This document shows, piece after piece, positions 34,834 through 45,053 of a DNA stretch of 64,000 nucleotides. Location: NCBI GenBank assembly GCA_964559915.1, contig CAZLJP010000002.1, positions 130,423-194,422 on the forward strand, in the 5' to 3' direction. The stretch comes from an uncultured Candidatus Saccharibacteria bacterium. GTDB taxonomy: Bacteria > Patescibacteriota > Saccharimonadia > Saccharimonadales > JALRHH01. Each line of letters opens with the position of its first letter. Positions within the stretch are counted from its first letter, which is position 1. The position numbers and the translations under genes were made by a program. The notes below the pieces were generated by a model. That model saw only the letters and a list, made by a program, of their open reading frames with translations. It did no database searches and had not been told where the DNA came from.

Positions 34834-35564
34834 TACTTCTCTTCCTTGTCTGTTTCTGGCTGCTTCTTAGCATAGCTCGCAGTACCAGCTGATAATGCGC
34901 TGCCAACATAGTCTGCAATCAGTTGCAGGGTCTTGATTGCGTCATCATTACAGGGCACGGGATATGCAACCTGACTTGGGTCAGCATTGCTATCTACCAG
35001 GGCAACTACTGGTATACCCAGCTTGTTAGCCTCACGGACTGCATTTACATCGTGGATGATATCGAATACAAAGACTGCACCTGGCTTAGCGGCAAGGTCT
35101 TTGATACCACCGTAGATGTGGTTCATTTCATCAATTTCTTCCTGGAAACGCTGAACCTCAAGCTTGTTGTACTTGCTTGCCAACTGACCAGTTTCCATCT
35201 TGGATTCTAGGTCCTTGAGGTGCTTGATACGGCCACCGATAGTGTTACGGTTGGTCATCATACCACCGAGCCAACGCTCCACCACGTATGGTTGGTTGTT
35301 GTCTTCGGCGACTTTCTTAGCAATGCCATGGACTTGGCGCTTAGTACCAACAATCAGTACTTGCTTGCCAGCGGCTGCTGTTTCCTGCAAGAACTCTAGA
35401 GCAATTTCTAAGCTACTGACCGTCTTAGTTAGGTCAATAATGTGGCTGCCACCGCGTTTGCTGTGGATGTACTGAGCCATCTTAGGGTGCCAGCGGCTGG
35501 TCTTGTGACCAAAGTGCGCGCCCGCTTCTAATAGTTTTTTAATATCAACATCAACTGATGCCAT
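34833..35564 (-). CDS. rpsB: 30S ribosomal protein S2
   Basis: LLEAGAHFGHKTSRWHPKM is the S2 signature. The start is trimmed to ATG 35562-35564 (MASVDVDIKKLL), because the 29-aa track extension has no S2 counterpart. Confidence 0.93.
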   Translation of the reverse strand: MASVDVDIKKLLEAGAHFGHKTSRWHPKMAQYIHSKRGGSHIIDLTKTVSSLEIALEFLQETAAAGKQVLIVGTKRQVHGIAKKVAEDNNQPYVVERWLGGMMTNRNTIGGRIKHLKDLESKMETGQLASKYNKLEVQRFQEEIDEMNHIYGGIKDLAAKPGAVFVFDIIHDVNAVREANKLGIPVVALVDSNADPSQVAYPVPCNDDAIKTLQLIADYVGSALSAGTASYAKKQPETDKEEK

Positions 35565-35703
35565 AAGTAGAACCTTTCTTGAATCCTTGACCTTCGGATG
35601 GATACCGATACGGCGCTCAAGCGAGCGACTCGTACAGAGGATTCTCTCCAACCTGCTTACTTTATTACCGAAATATAGTAACAGATACCTAACAGATTGA
35701 CAA

Positions 35704-36375
35704 CTACTGGTTCTCTAAGCCTTCGATGACCGCCAGGTATTCTACATTGTCACTTGGGCTCGCTGTATCATAATAAGCGCGTAGCACTAAATCTTCAGAG
35801 TCATTGTCATAGTAGACTTTTGCGGAAACACCTTTTATATCTTCCGTCGAGGCGATGTACACATTGAGGTTGTCGGTATTCAAGTTATCACGATTAATGT
35901 GCTGCAACACCGTGTCATCGTATTTTGCTTTCTCGGTGGTCGTTGTCCCCGGTGTAGGTACTAGGCTTATGCCTCTGCCTAATGGCAGCATAAACAACCC
36001 GCCAGAACTACGTTTATGAGTCTTCTCCGTATCAACAGTAAATGTCTCTTCCTTGATTACACTCGAAGAGTCTGCATTGGGCTCATAGACCATATGAGCA
36101 GCTGCAACCTGCTCGTCTGTAAAGTCCAGCCCCTTGATTGTTACTCTCTCGCCTGATGCAAGAGTCAGATGCGTGCCTTGCTTCTTTAGCATGTCCTTTG
36201 TTTCAAGACGAATTTCTTGAGCCTGGTGGTTGTCTTCTATCTTTTCATGGATTCCAGCGCCAGCAAGGCCCGCCACCATTAGTCCAAGAGCCGCCAATCG
36301 GCCGGAAGCCCTTGGCTCTCTTGCTTGAGATGTATTATTTTTTTCAAAAGTTTCGTGATTATTTTTGCTACGCAC
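35704..36375 (-). CDS. hypothetical N-terminally anchored exported protein
   Basis: 223-aa ORF with one TM segment (LAALGLMVAGLAGAGI). The remainder is hydrophilic with no motif I recognise. Confidence 0.45.
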   Translation of the reverse strand: MRSKNNHETFEKNNTSQAREPRASGRLAALGLMVAGLAGAGIHEKIEDNHQAQEIRLETKDMLKKQGTHLTLASGERVTIKGLDFTDEQVAAAHMVYEPNADSSSVIKEETFTVDTEKTHKRSSGGLFMLPLGRGISLVPTPGTTTTEKAKYDDTVLQHINRDNLNTDNLNVYIASTEDIKGVSAKVYYDNDSEDLVLRAYYDTASPSDNVEYLAVIEGLENQ

Positions 36376-36431
36376 AATACTTAATATATTAGCATAATAT
36401 CATTTAAAAGTCAATGTTTGGAGCTATTGTA

Positions 36432-36460
36432 TTGACCTAGGCCAACAGAGGTGATAGAAT
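36432..36460 (+). promoter_or_regulatory. sigma-70-like promoter (extended -10) for rpmE-prfA-prmC
   Basis: TTGACC (36432-36437), a 17-nt spacer, then TGA-TAGAAT (-10 at 36455-36460). It lies about 75 nt upstream of the rpmE ATG. Confidence 0.55.
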
Positions 36461-36535
36461 TGTTTGGTTAAACATCGACTGCAGTGAGGCTCGCTGCTAA
36501 CCGATGGCAATCATTAATGAGCTAGGATTTATATA

Positions 36536-36871
36536 ATGAAAAAAGATTTGCATCCTACAGACTACCGCCCCGTAGTATTTCAGGACCTCAACGACAAGAC
36601 CACCTTCCTGACTCGTTCAGTTGTAGCCACCGATGAAACCATCAAGCTTGATGGCGTAGAGTACCCACTTGTTAAAGTACACATCAGCAGCGCGACTCAC
36701 CCGTTCTTTACCGGCCAAGAAAAGCTAGTAGACATCGAAGGCCGCGTTGACAAGTTCAAGGCACGCCAAGAAGCTGCTGCATCTCGTGCAGACGCACTCA
36801 AGAAGGCTGCTACCAAGACTCGTACCAAGAGCCTCAAGTTAGACGAAACCACAAAACTCGGCTCAAAGTAG
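36536..36871 (+). CDS. rpmE: 50S ribosomal protein L31, type B (no zinc-binding cysteines), with basic C-terminal extension
   Basis: [17 protein letters not shown]...[24 protein letters not shown] matches type-B L31, and no CxxC motif is present. About 30 extra K/A/T-rich residues sit at the C-terminus. Confidence 0.88.
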   Translation: MKKDLHPTDYRPVVFQDLNDKTTFLTRSVVATDETIKLDGVEYPLVKVHISSATHPFFTGQEKLVDIEGRVDKFKARQEAAASRADALKKAATKTRTKSLKLDETTKLGSK

Positions 36872-36883
36872 CTATATATACCC

Positions 36884-36914
36884 AAAACCACCCATCCCTG
36901 AGATAGGTGGTTTT
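36884..36914 (+). terminator. intrinsic terminator or attenuator after rpmE
   Basis: AAAACCACC (36884-36892) pairs with GGTGGTTTT (36906-36914) across a 13-nt loop, followed by GTTTTG. Confidence 0.55.
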
Positions 36915-36943
36915 GTTTTGTACATATATACTAGAGAGAACTT

Positions 36944-38005
36944 ATGGAAGCTAAAGAACAAGCCCTACGAGCCGAATACGACGAACTAAAAACTCGATTA
37001 CAAGACCCGAGTATTTTTAGTTCGCCCGAATACCCTAAGCTGGCCAAGCGCCAAAGCAAATTGGAAGTTGTTATTAGTCTATTTGATGAATATCATCAAC
37101 TAACAGAGGCAAAACAACAGGCGCAAGAGCTTTTAGCTAGTGGTGATAACGAGATGAGTGAACTGGCCCAGGCCGAACTTGCAGAGCTTGAACCAAAAAT
37201 TACAGAGAACAACGATAAACTTGCGGAAGAGCTCACGCCGAAAGACCCCAATGACGAAAAGGACATTGTCATGGAAATTCGCGCCGCAGCTGGTGGTGAC
37301 GAATCGGCAATCTTTGGTGGCGAATTATATCGTATGTACATTCGTTGGGCAGAAGACCACGGCTTCAAGACCGAGCTTATTAGTGAAAGTGTCTCAGAAA
37401 ACGGTGGTTTTAAGGAAATTATCTTTGAGATCCACGGCGAAGATGCCTATCGTATGCTCAAGTTTGAAGCCGGTGTCCACCGCGTACAACGCGTACCGGC
37501 CACAGAGAGCCAGGGCCGTATTCATACCAGTACGGTAACCGTTGCAGTTATGCCTGTGGCGGAAGAAACTGATATAGAAATCAGTCCGAATGATTTGCGT
37601 ATAGATGTATTCCGTAGTGGCGGTCACGGTGGCCAATCAGTCAATACTACAGACTCTGCCGTCCGTATCACCCACCTACCCTCTGGTATGGTAGTGACGA
37701 ACCAAGACGAAAAATCACAGATTAAAAACAAAGAGAAAGCCATGGGTATTCTCCGCTCCCGCCTGCTCCAGCAAAAAATTGATGCCGAACAAACCAAGCT
37801 ATCCGACGCCCGCAAAAAACTCATTGGCTCTGGCGACCGTTCAGAGAAAATTCGCACCTACAACTTCCCGCAAGACCGTATTACCGACCATCGTATTGGC
37901 TACAGCCGCAGCAGCATGCCGGCAGTTCTCAGTGGTGACATCGACGACATAATTGAAAAGCTTCATGAATACGAACGCCAACTCATCAATGAGGAACCCT
38001 CATGA
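36944..38005 (+). CDS. prfA: peptide chain release factor 1
   Basis: 353 aa. The RF1-type tripeptide region is [13 protein letters not shown] (PxT), with the GGQ motif in [20 protein letters not shown]. Confidence 0.93.
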   Translation: MEAKEQALRAEYDELKTRLQDPSIFSSPEYPKLAKRQSKLEVVISLFDEYHQLTEAKQQAQELLASGDNEMSELAQAELAELEPKITENNDKLAEELTPKDPNDEKDIVMEIRAAAGGDESAIFGGELYRMYIRWAEDHGFKTELISESVSENGGFKEIIFEIHGEDAYRMLKFEAGVHRVQRVPATESQGRIHTSTVTVAVMPVAEETDIEISPNDLRIDVFRSGGHGGQSVNTTDSAVRITHLPSGMVVTNQDEKSQIKNKEKAMGILRSRLLQQKIDAEQTKLSDARKKLIGSGDRSEKIRTYNFPQDRITDHRIGYSRSSMPAVLSGDIDDIIEKLHEYERQLINEEPS

Positions 38006-38090
38006 GACAAACCCTAGGGGGTTTTTCTCATCGCGCCGCGTGCGGAATAAATCCGCGTCTCGGGCTGCTCTTTTCCCTACACAAGCAATT

Positions 38091-38903
38091 ATGAAAACGA
38101 TATCTCAATGGTTGAAAGAAACTCAGCTCCGGCTGGAACAAGCAGGCATCGGCACGACCCGTCTGGATGCTCTGGTGCTACTTGAGGATGTTCTAGCAAA
38201 AGACCGATCTTGGCTATTGGCCAATCCGGCTTTTCACGTTGATGACAAAAGTTTTCACAAATTAGAGGAGTTAACTACCCGTCGTGAAAATCACGAGCCC
38301 TTGGCATATATCCGTGAAAGGTCAGAATTTTATGGCCGTGAGTTCTATATAAACCACTCTGTACTAGTACCACGCCCAGAGACAGAGACTATGATTGAGC
38401 TACTCAAGCAGCTCCCCTTGCCACCCAAGCCCACTATTGCAGATGTCGGTAGCGGTAGTGGCGCAATTGGAATCACTGTGGCACACGAATTACCAGAAGC
38501 AACAATAGACTTAATAGAGCTGGACAGTAATGCTCTAGAAATAAGCCAAAAGAACGCGCTATCTCACAACGTAACCGTCTCGTGCATACAAAGTAACTTA
38601 TTAGAAGATGTCCAGGCACGTTATGACGCCGTATTGGCAAATCTGCCCTATGTACCAGAAGATTACGAGATTAACCAGGCAGCCGAACACGAACCTGCGA
38701 TGGCACTGTTTGGGGGTTTTGACGGGCTAGATTTGTATCACACTATGTTTGGACAACTTGCCGAACATATCAATGACAACGGCTTCGTACTCACCGAGTC
38801 CCTGTTATTTCAGCATCTTAAGCTAGAAAAACTAGCAAAAACCTTCGACTTTGAGCTATACCAGACCGAAGGCCTTATCCAGGTTTTCCAGAAAAACTCC
38901 TAG
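38091..38903 (+). CDS. prmC: release-factor glutamine N5-methyltransferase
   Basis: Start trimmed to ATG 38091 (MKTISQWLKE...). It has the PrmC pattern EPLAYIRERSEFYG, VLVPRPETE and DVGSGSGAIG. The catalytic tetrapeptide reads NLPY instead of the canonical NPPY. Confidence 0.8.
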   Translation: MKTISQWLKETQLRLEQAGIGTTRLDALVLLEDVLAKDRSWLLANPAFHVDDKSFHKLEELTTRRENHEPLAYIRERSEFYGREFYINHSVLVPRPETETMIELLKQLPLPPKPTIADVGSGSGAIGITVAHELPEATIDLIELDSNALEISQKNALSHNVTVSCIQSNLLEDVQARYDAVLANLPYVPEDYEINQAAEHEPAMALFGGFDGLDLYHTMFGQLAEHINDNGFVLTESLLFQHLKLEKLAKTFDFELYQTEGLIQVFQKNS

Positions 38904-38954
38904 CCCCCATAACTCACTTATCTGAGTGCAGTTTGGTTCAAAAAGGAGCACAGC

Positions 38955-38977
38955 AAATAAGCCGTACTGAGGTACGG
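38955..38977 (-). terminator. possible intrinsic terminator after htrA
   Basis: On the minus strand: CCGTAC-CTCA-GTACGG (38962-38977) followed by CUUAUUUG. The stem is short and the U-tract imperfect. Confidence 0.35.
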
Positions 38978-39025
38978 TGCGTGCGGAGCACATCTTTTGG
39001 GGCCGAAATGTGCCAGATATGTGAG

Positions 39026-40219
39026 TTATTGCTTGTAAGATTCGAGGGTAACAGCAATCTTTTGTTCTTTGCCGCCACGAACAATTGTCAGTTCAATTTT
39101 TTCGCCAACAGCATGCTTGCTAACAAGCGAAACGAGGCTATTTTTCTCGTCAATTGCGGTACCGTTGACCCTGATAATGATATCTTTTTCTTTGAGACCG
39201 GCCTTGGCTGCGGGACTATCGGCAATCACAGCATTAGCTTGTGGTGCAATGTAGGCACCTCGCTTAACATTCAGATTGAACTGATAGGCATACTCGTCGG
39301 TCAGAGTGACGTACCGTACGCCGAGGTACGGTCGCTCAAGCTTGCCAGTTGTCATAACACTCTTAATCAGACCCTGCACATCATTTATCGGTATGGCAAA
39401 GCCAATATTTTCGGCTGTGCCCCCTGCAATTGCTGTATTGATACCGATTACCTCACCACTAATGTTAACAAGTGGCCCACCAGAATTGCCTTCGTTTATA
39501 GCCGTATCCGTCTGGAAGAGGTTTTGCAGTGTCTCCGCATCATTGCCAGCCTCATTTCCTGCCTGAATACTGCGACCGTAGCCAGAAATAATACCCGAGG
39601 TCACTGTGTTTTGGAACTGACCCAGTGCGTTACCAATAGCCACTACTTTGTCACCAACCTGTACCTTGGATGAATCACCCAGCTTGGCAGCTGTTAGTTT
39701 CTTGCCCTTGGCATCTTTTATCTTAAGGAACGCTACGTCCAGCGTGTCACTATCAGTGGTACGACCCACTACCTCGACATTATCTAGCAGCGTACCATCA
39801 GATAACGTAACACTTACCTTGGTTGCATTGGCAGGCACAACATGACGATTAGTCACAATGTAGCCACTATCGCTGATAATAATACCGGTGCCGGCGCTCT
39901 GCTGTTCAACAGATTGGCCACGGCCAAAGAAATCAACTCGCTGCGAACTACTCGTTACATCTACTGATACCACGCTCGGGCCAACCGTCTTAGCTATATC
40001 GCTAATAAGCTGACTTTCGTTGAGCACTACCTTCTGGTCGGCTTTAGAAATACTAGGGTTCGCTTGGTTTTGCTTGGCAGTACTGCCCAGCCAACCGCCC
40101 AAAAAACCCAATGATACTACGGCAATCAATAAAAAAACCACGCTCAGAATTTTCGTACGTTGTACGTGAGAAATATGTTTCAAATCCACCATGTCTTCAG
40201 TTTTCTTTTCCTGACTCAT
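39026..40219 (-). CDS. htrA: HtrA/DegP-family serine protease with one PDZ domain
   Basis: 397 aa with an N-terminal TM anchor. The trypsin-like triad context is present (TNRHVV; D in DVAFLKI; GNSGGPLVN). A C-terminal PDZ follows (SPAAKAGLKEKDIIIRVNG). Confidence 0.88.
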   Translation of the reverse strand: MSQEKKTEDMVDLKHISHVQRTKILSVVFLLIAVVSLGFLGGWLGSTAKQNQANPSISKADQKVVLNESQLISDIAKTVGPSVVSVDVTSSSQRVDFFGRGQSVEQQSAGTGIIISDSGYIVTNRHVVPANATKVSVTLSDGTLLDNVEVVGRTTDSDTLDVAFLKIKDAKGKKLTAAKLGDSSKVQVGDKVVAIGNALGQFQNTVTSGIISGYGRSIQAGNEAGNDAETLQNLFQTDTAINEGNSGGPLVNISGEVIGINTAIAGGTAENIGFAIPINDVQGLIKSVMTTGKLERPYLGVRYVTLTDEYAYQFNLNVKRGAYIAPQANAVIADSPAAKAGLKEKDIIIRVNGTAIDEKNSLVSLVSKHAVGEKIELTIVRGGKEQKIAVTLESYKQ

Positions 40220-40245
40220 CTAACACCCCTTTGCTGAGAATAGGC

Positions 40246-41013
40246 TTATACTGTTTTGTCACCCCAGTCAGAGAAGACCAGGATTACCACAATCACAGCA
40301 AACATAATGAACATCACTTGCCGCTTTACCAAATCAGTCAGACGGTCTGACTCATCCAGATAGTACATGCCGGCAATGCTAAAACCCAGAACTGATGAAA
40401 GTAACGCTGGCTGTGGAATAACACCGTAGAACAACAGCCAATGGCTGAGTAGCCAAGCCAGGGCGGCATTAAAATAGGCCCAGACTTGCGCATACAGCGG
40501 CCCGTATTCATCCTCAAAGCTCGTAAAGAAGTGACGCGCCGAAACATAGGCAATCAACCAGCTGCCCAAGACAATGCCAAAGATTGGTGCCTCCGTCCAG
40601 GCAATATACAGTGCCACTAGACCAAGTGCCTGGCTGATACATGCCTGTACAGAAACAGACAACACGCTGGAACCGGGCTTAATAAAGACTAGCCACACGC
40701 TGTAAGCTGCTGCCCACAGCAGCTGATACATGCCGTTGGTGGTATGATCCATAAAGACAACGACCGATACGCCAACAATAATATCAACTGCGTTAGCAGT
40801 AATATTTGTCAGCCAGTAGCGAGGGCGGACTGCAAACATACGCCACTTGCTTAGGAGAATTAACGCGATTGCCGCTTGTACAAAACCACCTTCTAATCGC
40901 ACTAAGACATAGACAATAACCGGCAAGAAAGTGGTTAACCCTATGTGGAAATAATGCGAATAGCCCTGGGCTGGCTTTATCTTGGTATGAAGTTTACTGG
41001 CTAGTGCTCTCAT
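40246..41013 (-). CDS. hypothetical polytopic membrane protein
   Basis: 255 aa with about 8 hydrophobic segments. It overlaps the upstream LCP gene by 20 nt. No family recognised. Confidence 0.5.
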   Translation of the reverse strand: MRALASKLHTKIKPAQGYSHYFHIGLTTFLPVIVYVLVRLEGGFVQAAIALILLSKWRMFAVRPRYWLTNITANAVDIIVGVSVVVFMDHTTNGMYQLLWAAAYSVWLVFIKPGSSVLSVSVQACISQALGLVALYIAWTEAPIFGIVLGSWLIAYVSARHFFTSFEDEYGPLYAQVWAYFNAALAWLLSHWLLFYGVIPQPALLSSVLGFSIAGMYYLDESDRLTDLVKRQVMFIMFAVIVVILVFSDWGDKTV

Positions 41014-42646
41014 TTTGACCTAGGATTATGACGAACTCAGCACCGTTAGGGTTAATACCATCAGGGAGTTTAGTGGTGGTGGTGACTTTCAATCGCTGCT
41101 CGAGATAGTGTTGGGTGTACTTCTTCTTACCACCCGTCAAATCAACTAACATTGTTTGACTGTAGTTTTTGGTCGGAGCATTTGCAACCGTCGTAATGTT
41201 ATAACCATATGATTTCAAATCATCGGCGCGCCTAGCTGCAAGACCAACAATAGTTGAGCCGTTAAAGACTGCGATAGAAGCATTTTCATTATTAATATAG
41301 CCGTCTTTCAGGGTGTTGCGGACAAAACTATTAATCTGACTGTAATCGAACAGCCCGGCAGCTGGTTGCTGCGTAGACAATCCGTTTATATTACCGCTCT
41401 TAATAAGTACGTTTGGTGGTGTCACCAAATCAAGTGAGCCAATCTTTGTTGAATCAATGCCCTTCATAATATCGTAGACACGCAGGACTTCACCGGTAGA
41501 AAAATTAGATCGTACGTGTGACCCAAATTCATTAACCAGTTGATTAATCTTAACAGGGTTACTGTAAGTTCCGGCGGACATGACTTTGTTCTTGAGCGCT
41601 ATAATAACCGCGCGCTGTCGTTCTGAACGGTCGAAGTCACCACGAGCACTGGTATGACGAGAACGGGCATAGAAGAGTGCACGCTGGCCATCAAAATGAT
41701 TAGGACCTTGTTTTACATCAAGTACATATGGCTTGCCACGGGTTGTGTCGTATAGTCGTTCATAGACCACGCCATTTTTATCAACATTTATATCAATACC
41801 GCCGACAGTGTTAATGGCTTTCTCGAAGGCCGCAAAATCAATCATCACATTATAGTGAATCGGTATACCCGCAACTTCTTCAATCTTTGATTCAATCGCC
41901 GCCAGACCAGCTTGTTCAGCTCGTTCATTGATATCAGAGGTTTTTTTGCCATTTAGTACCTTGTATTTGGCGTTAGCGTAGACCGCATTAATTTTTGATT
42001 GGCCACCATCTGATTTGACCCAGAGGTCACGCGGTATACTCAGCATAGAAGCATTCTTTTGAATGGGATCAATACTTAGTATCAGGATTGTATCTGTTAG
42101 GTCGGCGCCGTCATGGCCAGCACCGCCCTTACCAAGCATCAATACATTCACACGACCGTCACCTTCACCCTTGAGCTTGGTTGGGTCAACATTTGCGTTG
42201 AGGGCTGGTGCACCACCGCCGCCACCGAATATCTTGCGGGCTTTTAGGAAGGCGTTACCAAACATGAAACCGCCGACAAGAACGAACGCGAGGAATATAA
42301 GTGCAACACTCTTAATGATGCGCTTTTTCTTGCGTCGATTTTTGACACCCTTGCGAGCTGATGCAGCTGGCAAATCAAGCTTCATGGCGGCGCCCTCAGT
42401 GGCAGCCATATGAGAAGCTACTGTCTGGGGCACAGGAGTACCTTCTGCCCGTAGCTTGGCTTGGGCATTGGGACGAAAGCCATCTGCTCCCTTGAAACTA
42501 TCAAGCCGTCCGCTGGAATCATGAGCACGCCCAATAGATACCCCCCGATTGGCTCGCGCCTTGGCCTGGCCAGTACCGACAAATCCATCAACCGCCCCAC
42601 TGCGCGGCGTTCTTTGGGACGCCTTAAACTTACGAAAATTATCCAT
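40994..42646 (-). CDS. LytR-CpsA-Psr (LCP) family cell-wall glycopolymer ligase with C-terminal LytR_C-like domain
   Basis: 550 aa with a long basic cytoplasmic N-terminus and one TM segment. The LCP core reads VNVLMLG...DTILILSIDP...ASMLSIPRDLWV...FARSRH...DFDRSERQ. Confidence 0.85.
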   Translation of the reverse strand: MDNFRKFKASQRTPRSGAVDGFVGTGQAKARANRGVSIGRAHDSSGRLDSFKGADGFRPNAQAKLRAEGTPVPQTVASHMAATEGAAMKLDLPAASARKGVKNRRKKKRIIKSVALIFLAFVLVGGFMFGNAFLKARKIFGGGGGAPALNANVDPTKLKGEGDGRVNVLMLGKGGAGHDGADLTDTILILSIDPIQKNASMLSIPRDLWVKSDGGQSKINAVYANAKYKVLNGKKTSDINERAEQAGLAAIESKIEEVAGIPIHYNVMIDFAAFEKAINTVGGIDINVDKNGVVYERLYDTTRGKPYVLDVKQGPNHFDGQRALFYARSRHTSARGDFDRSERQRAVIIALKNKVMSAGTYSNPVKINQLVNEFGSHVRSNFSTGEVLRVYDIMKGIDSTKIGSLDLVTPPNVLIKSGNINGLSTQQPAAGLFDYSQINSFVRNTLKDGYINNENASIAVFNGSTIVGLAARRADDLKSYGYNITTVANAPTKNYSQTMLVDLTGGKKKYTQHYLEQRLKVTTTTKLPDGINPNGAEFVIILGQNESTSQ

Positions 42647-42739
42647 ATTACTGTCGTATAGTATAGCCCGAATCGGCTTTTTTTAAAACTGCCTATGCTA
42701 GCGTATGCGTAGTAAATCCTATATAGTTAATGACCGAGT

Positions 42740-43387
42740 ATGGAATCAATTAACCCCATTACATCTGATACGCAGCCAGAACCTGAGATTTCACGCCCAA
42801 ACAGGGGTAGTGATGATGCCAAAAGTGTTCTATCAACCATCAGTATCATTATATCGGCTGTTGTATTTGCGCTTTTGCTGACTGCTTTTGTGTTTCAGTC
42901 ATATGAGGTTGATGGCCAAAGTATGCAGTCTACCCTGCAAAACCGTGACCGCCTAATAGTCGCCAAGCTACCCAAGACTTGGGCGCGACTAACGGGGCAC
43001 GACTATATACCCAACCGCGGCGATGTAATTGTCTTTAATACCACCGCTGTACGTGATGGTGCAGCTGATACCGGTACAAAGCAACTCATTAAGCGCGTTA
43101 TCGGCCTACCTGGAGAGCGCGTAGTCGTTAAAGACGACGTTATTACAGTCTATAATAATGAATTCCCTGAGGGCTTTAACCCGGACAAAACTGGCGGCTG
43201 GGGAGATGTTATCCACGGCACCAGTGGTAATGTAGACCTCGTTGTTGGTAAAGGCGAAGTTTTCGTCTGTGGCGACAACCGATCAAACTCATATGATTCA
43301 CGTGAACTCGGTGCAATTCCAAGCAAAGATATTGTCGGCAAACTATTGCTTCGTATCTATCCGTTATCTACAGCTGAAGTTTTCTAA
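42740..43387 (+). CDS. lepB: signal peptidase I
   Basis: 215 aa with a TM anchor, the catalytic Ser box GQSMQSTL, the Lys box IKRVIGLPGE and GDNRSNSYDSR. Confidence 0.9.
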   Translation: MESINPITSDTQPEPEISRPNRGSDDAKSVLSTISIIISAVVFALLLTAFVFQSYEVDGQSMQSTLQNRDRLIVAKLPKTWARLTGHDYIPNRGDVIVFNTTAVRDGAADTGTKQLIKRVIGLPGERVVVKDDVITVYNNEFPEGFNPDKTGGWGDVIHGTSGNVDLVVGKGEVFVCGDNRSNSYDSRELGAIPSKDIVGKLLLRIYPLSTAEVF

Positions 43388-43395
43388 GACAGTTC

Positions 43396-44256
43396 TTATA
43401 GAGTATCGAGTCGGTCTAGTAGCTGCTGGAGGTCTTGTTCTGTCTTAAAGTGAAGTTCGATACGCCCACCCTTGGCTGTTCGCCTAATACTGACTGGTGT
43501 CCCGAGCTGTTTCGTTAGCTTCTTGGTCTCTGGGGTCTCTACGGCCATCCGTTCCTTGACTGCTTGCTCGGTTTGAACACCTTGCTTCTGTGTTGTAGCA
43601 AACTGCTCTGCCTGGCGTACCGACCACCCATGCTTCAGAATAGAGGCAAGTAGTTCATCTTGTTTGCCAGGTACTGTCTTAAGAGAAAGGATTGCCCGGG
43701 CATGACCTTCACTTATTTTGCCCTGACTCAGCGCATCACGAGCATTTTCTGGTAGTTGTAGTAGTCGAACCAGATTACTGACAGTAGTCTCGGCTTTAGC
43801 CAAACGTGCTGCAATGTCTTTATAGCTCAGGTTAAATTGCTGGTGTAATCGTTCAATTGAAATAGCCTGTTCGAGTGGTGATAAATCTACACGCTGCACA
43901 TTTTCTATAAGTGCAATTTCCAGTTCCTGCAATTGGGCTGGCTCGCGAATGATGGCTGGGATTTCTGTCAGGCCAGCCAGTTGAGCAGCCCGCCAGCGGC
44001 GCTCACCAGCTACAATACGGTAAGCATTGCCACTATCTTGCGGTACGACAATCAGTGGCTGCAATACACCAAACTGCTGAATCGACTCGGCAAGCTCGTT
44101 TAGGGCCTGTTGGTCAAAGTGACGACGAGGCTGGTCTGGATTAGGATTAATCCGTGTAATGAACAATTTTTGTATTCGGTCTTTACTGTCAATTAACAGA
44201 GACGGGTCAAAATCCGTTGGTATTAATGCGTCAAATCCTCTGCCTAGTCCACTCAT
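43396..44256 (-). CDS. parB: chromosome partitioning protein ParB
   Basis: 286 aa. MSGLGRGFDALIP, NPNPDQPRR, the arginine-patch region VAGERRWRAAQLAG and an HTH segment are present. It overlaps parA by 4 nt. Confidence 0.9.
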   Translation of the reverse strand: MSGLGRGFDALIPTDFDPSLLIDSKDRIQKLFITRINPNPDQPRRHFDQQALNELAESIQQFGVLQPLIVVPQDSGNAYRIVAGERRWRAAQLAGLTEIPAIIREPAQLQELEIALIENVQRVDLSPLEQAISIERLHQQFNLSYKDIAARLAKAETTVSNLVRLLQLPENARDALSQGKISEGHARAILSLKTVPGKQDELLASILKHGWSVRQAEQFATTQKQGVQTEQAVKERMAVETPETKKLTKQLGTPVSIRRTAKGGRIELHFKTEQDLQQLLDRLDTL

Positions 44257-45011
44257 GCTATTCTCCCTAACAATTCCTTACTTAAAGCCCTATACGCCCG
44301 TGCACCCTTTGACCATTTATCATGGTCAGATATTGCCTTGCCGTGACTCGGTGCTTCTGCCAAACGAACGTTGCGCGGGATGATAGTCTTTAGCACCTTA
44401 TCGCCAAAATGCTTTGTTAGTTCTGCATAGACTTGCTCTGATAAGCTAGTGCGGCTGTCATACATAGTCACTACTACTCCCAGCAAATCAAGGCTCGGAT
44501 TCAGGCCGGCACGTACGCGCTGCACCACACTGAGTAATTGACTGAGACCTTCTAATGCATAATATTCTGCTTGGACGGGTATCAGCAAGTGATGCGCAGC
44601 AGTCAGGGCATTAACCGTTAGTAAGCCTAGTGATGGCGGACAATCAATGATAATAATGTCGTACGAAAGTGATGCTAAGGCCTCTTTTAGGATTTGCTCG
44701 CGCTGCATCTCACCTACCAACTCAACCTCAGCTGCGGCGAGCTGCGGATTAGCTGGCAACACGAATAGTCCATCCACGTTAGTTTCCTGTACCGCGTGTT
44801 CGGCACCAGTCTTCTTGAACAAGACATCGTAGATTGTTGCCTGCAAGCTATGCTTGTCTATACCAAGACCGCTAGTGCTGTTGCCTTGTGGATCAAAATC
44901 AACCAACAGTACCGACTTGCCTGCCTTTGCAAAATAGGCACTCAAATTAATAGCCGTGGTGGTTTTGCCCACGCCGCCCTTTTGATTCAAAATGGCAATA
45001 ACTTGACTCAT
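44253..45011 (-). CDS. parA: chromosome partitioning ATPase ParA/Soj
   Basis: 252 aa with the deviant Walker A NQKGGVGKTTT, plus IIIDCPPSLG. Confidence 0.92.
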   Translation of the reverse strand: MSQVIAILNQKGGVGKTTTAINLSAYFAKAGKSVLLVDFDPQGNSTSGLGIDKHSLQATIYDVLFKKTGAEHAVQETNVDGLFVLPANPQLAAAEVELVGEMQREQILKEALASLSYDIIIIDCPPSLGLLTVNALTAAHHLLIPVQAEYYALEGLSQLLSVVQRVRAGLNPSLDLLGVVVTMYDSRTSLSEQVYAELTKHFGDKVLKTIIPRNVRLAEAPSHGKAISDHDKWSKGARAYRALSKELLGRIA

Positions 45012-45053
45012 ATCTGTTAGCCTCTGTCCCTATCTACCATAAGCGTATCATAC

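Noticed and set aside
35581-35644. GAATCCT/AGGATTC 7-bp helix enclosing about 50 nt just upstream of rpsB, considered as an S2 autoregulatory leader
   Set aside because: The stem is too short to distinguish from chance. I cannot match it to the known gammaproteobacterial S2 leader pseudoknot. It would need covariation analysis.
38933-39673. 246-aa plus-strand ORF overlapping htrA
   Set aside because: It is antisense to a well-supported HtrA gene with a catalytic triad and PDZ domain. Its translation has no motifs and a Cys/Asn-rich odd composition.
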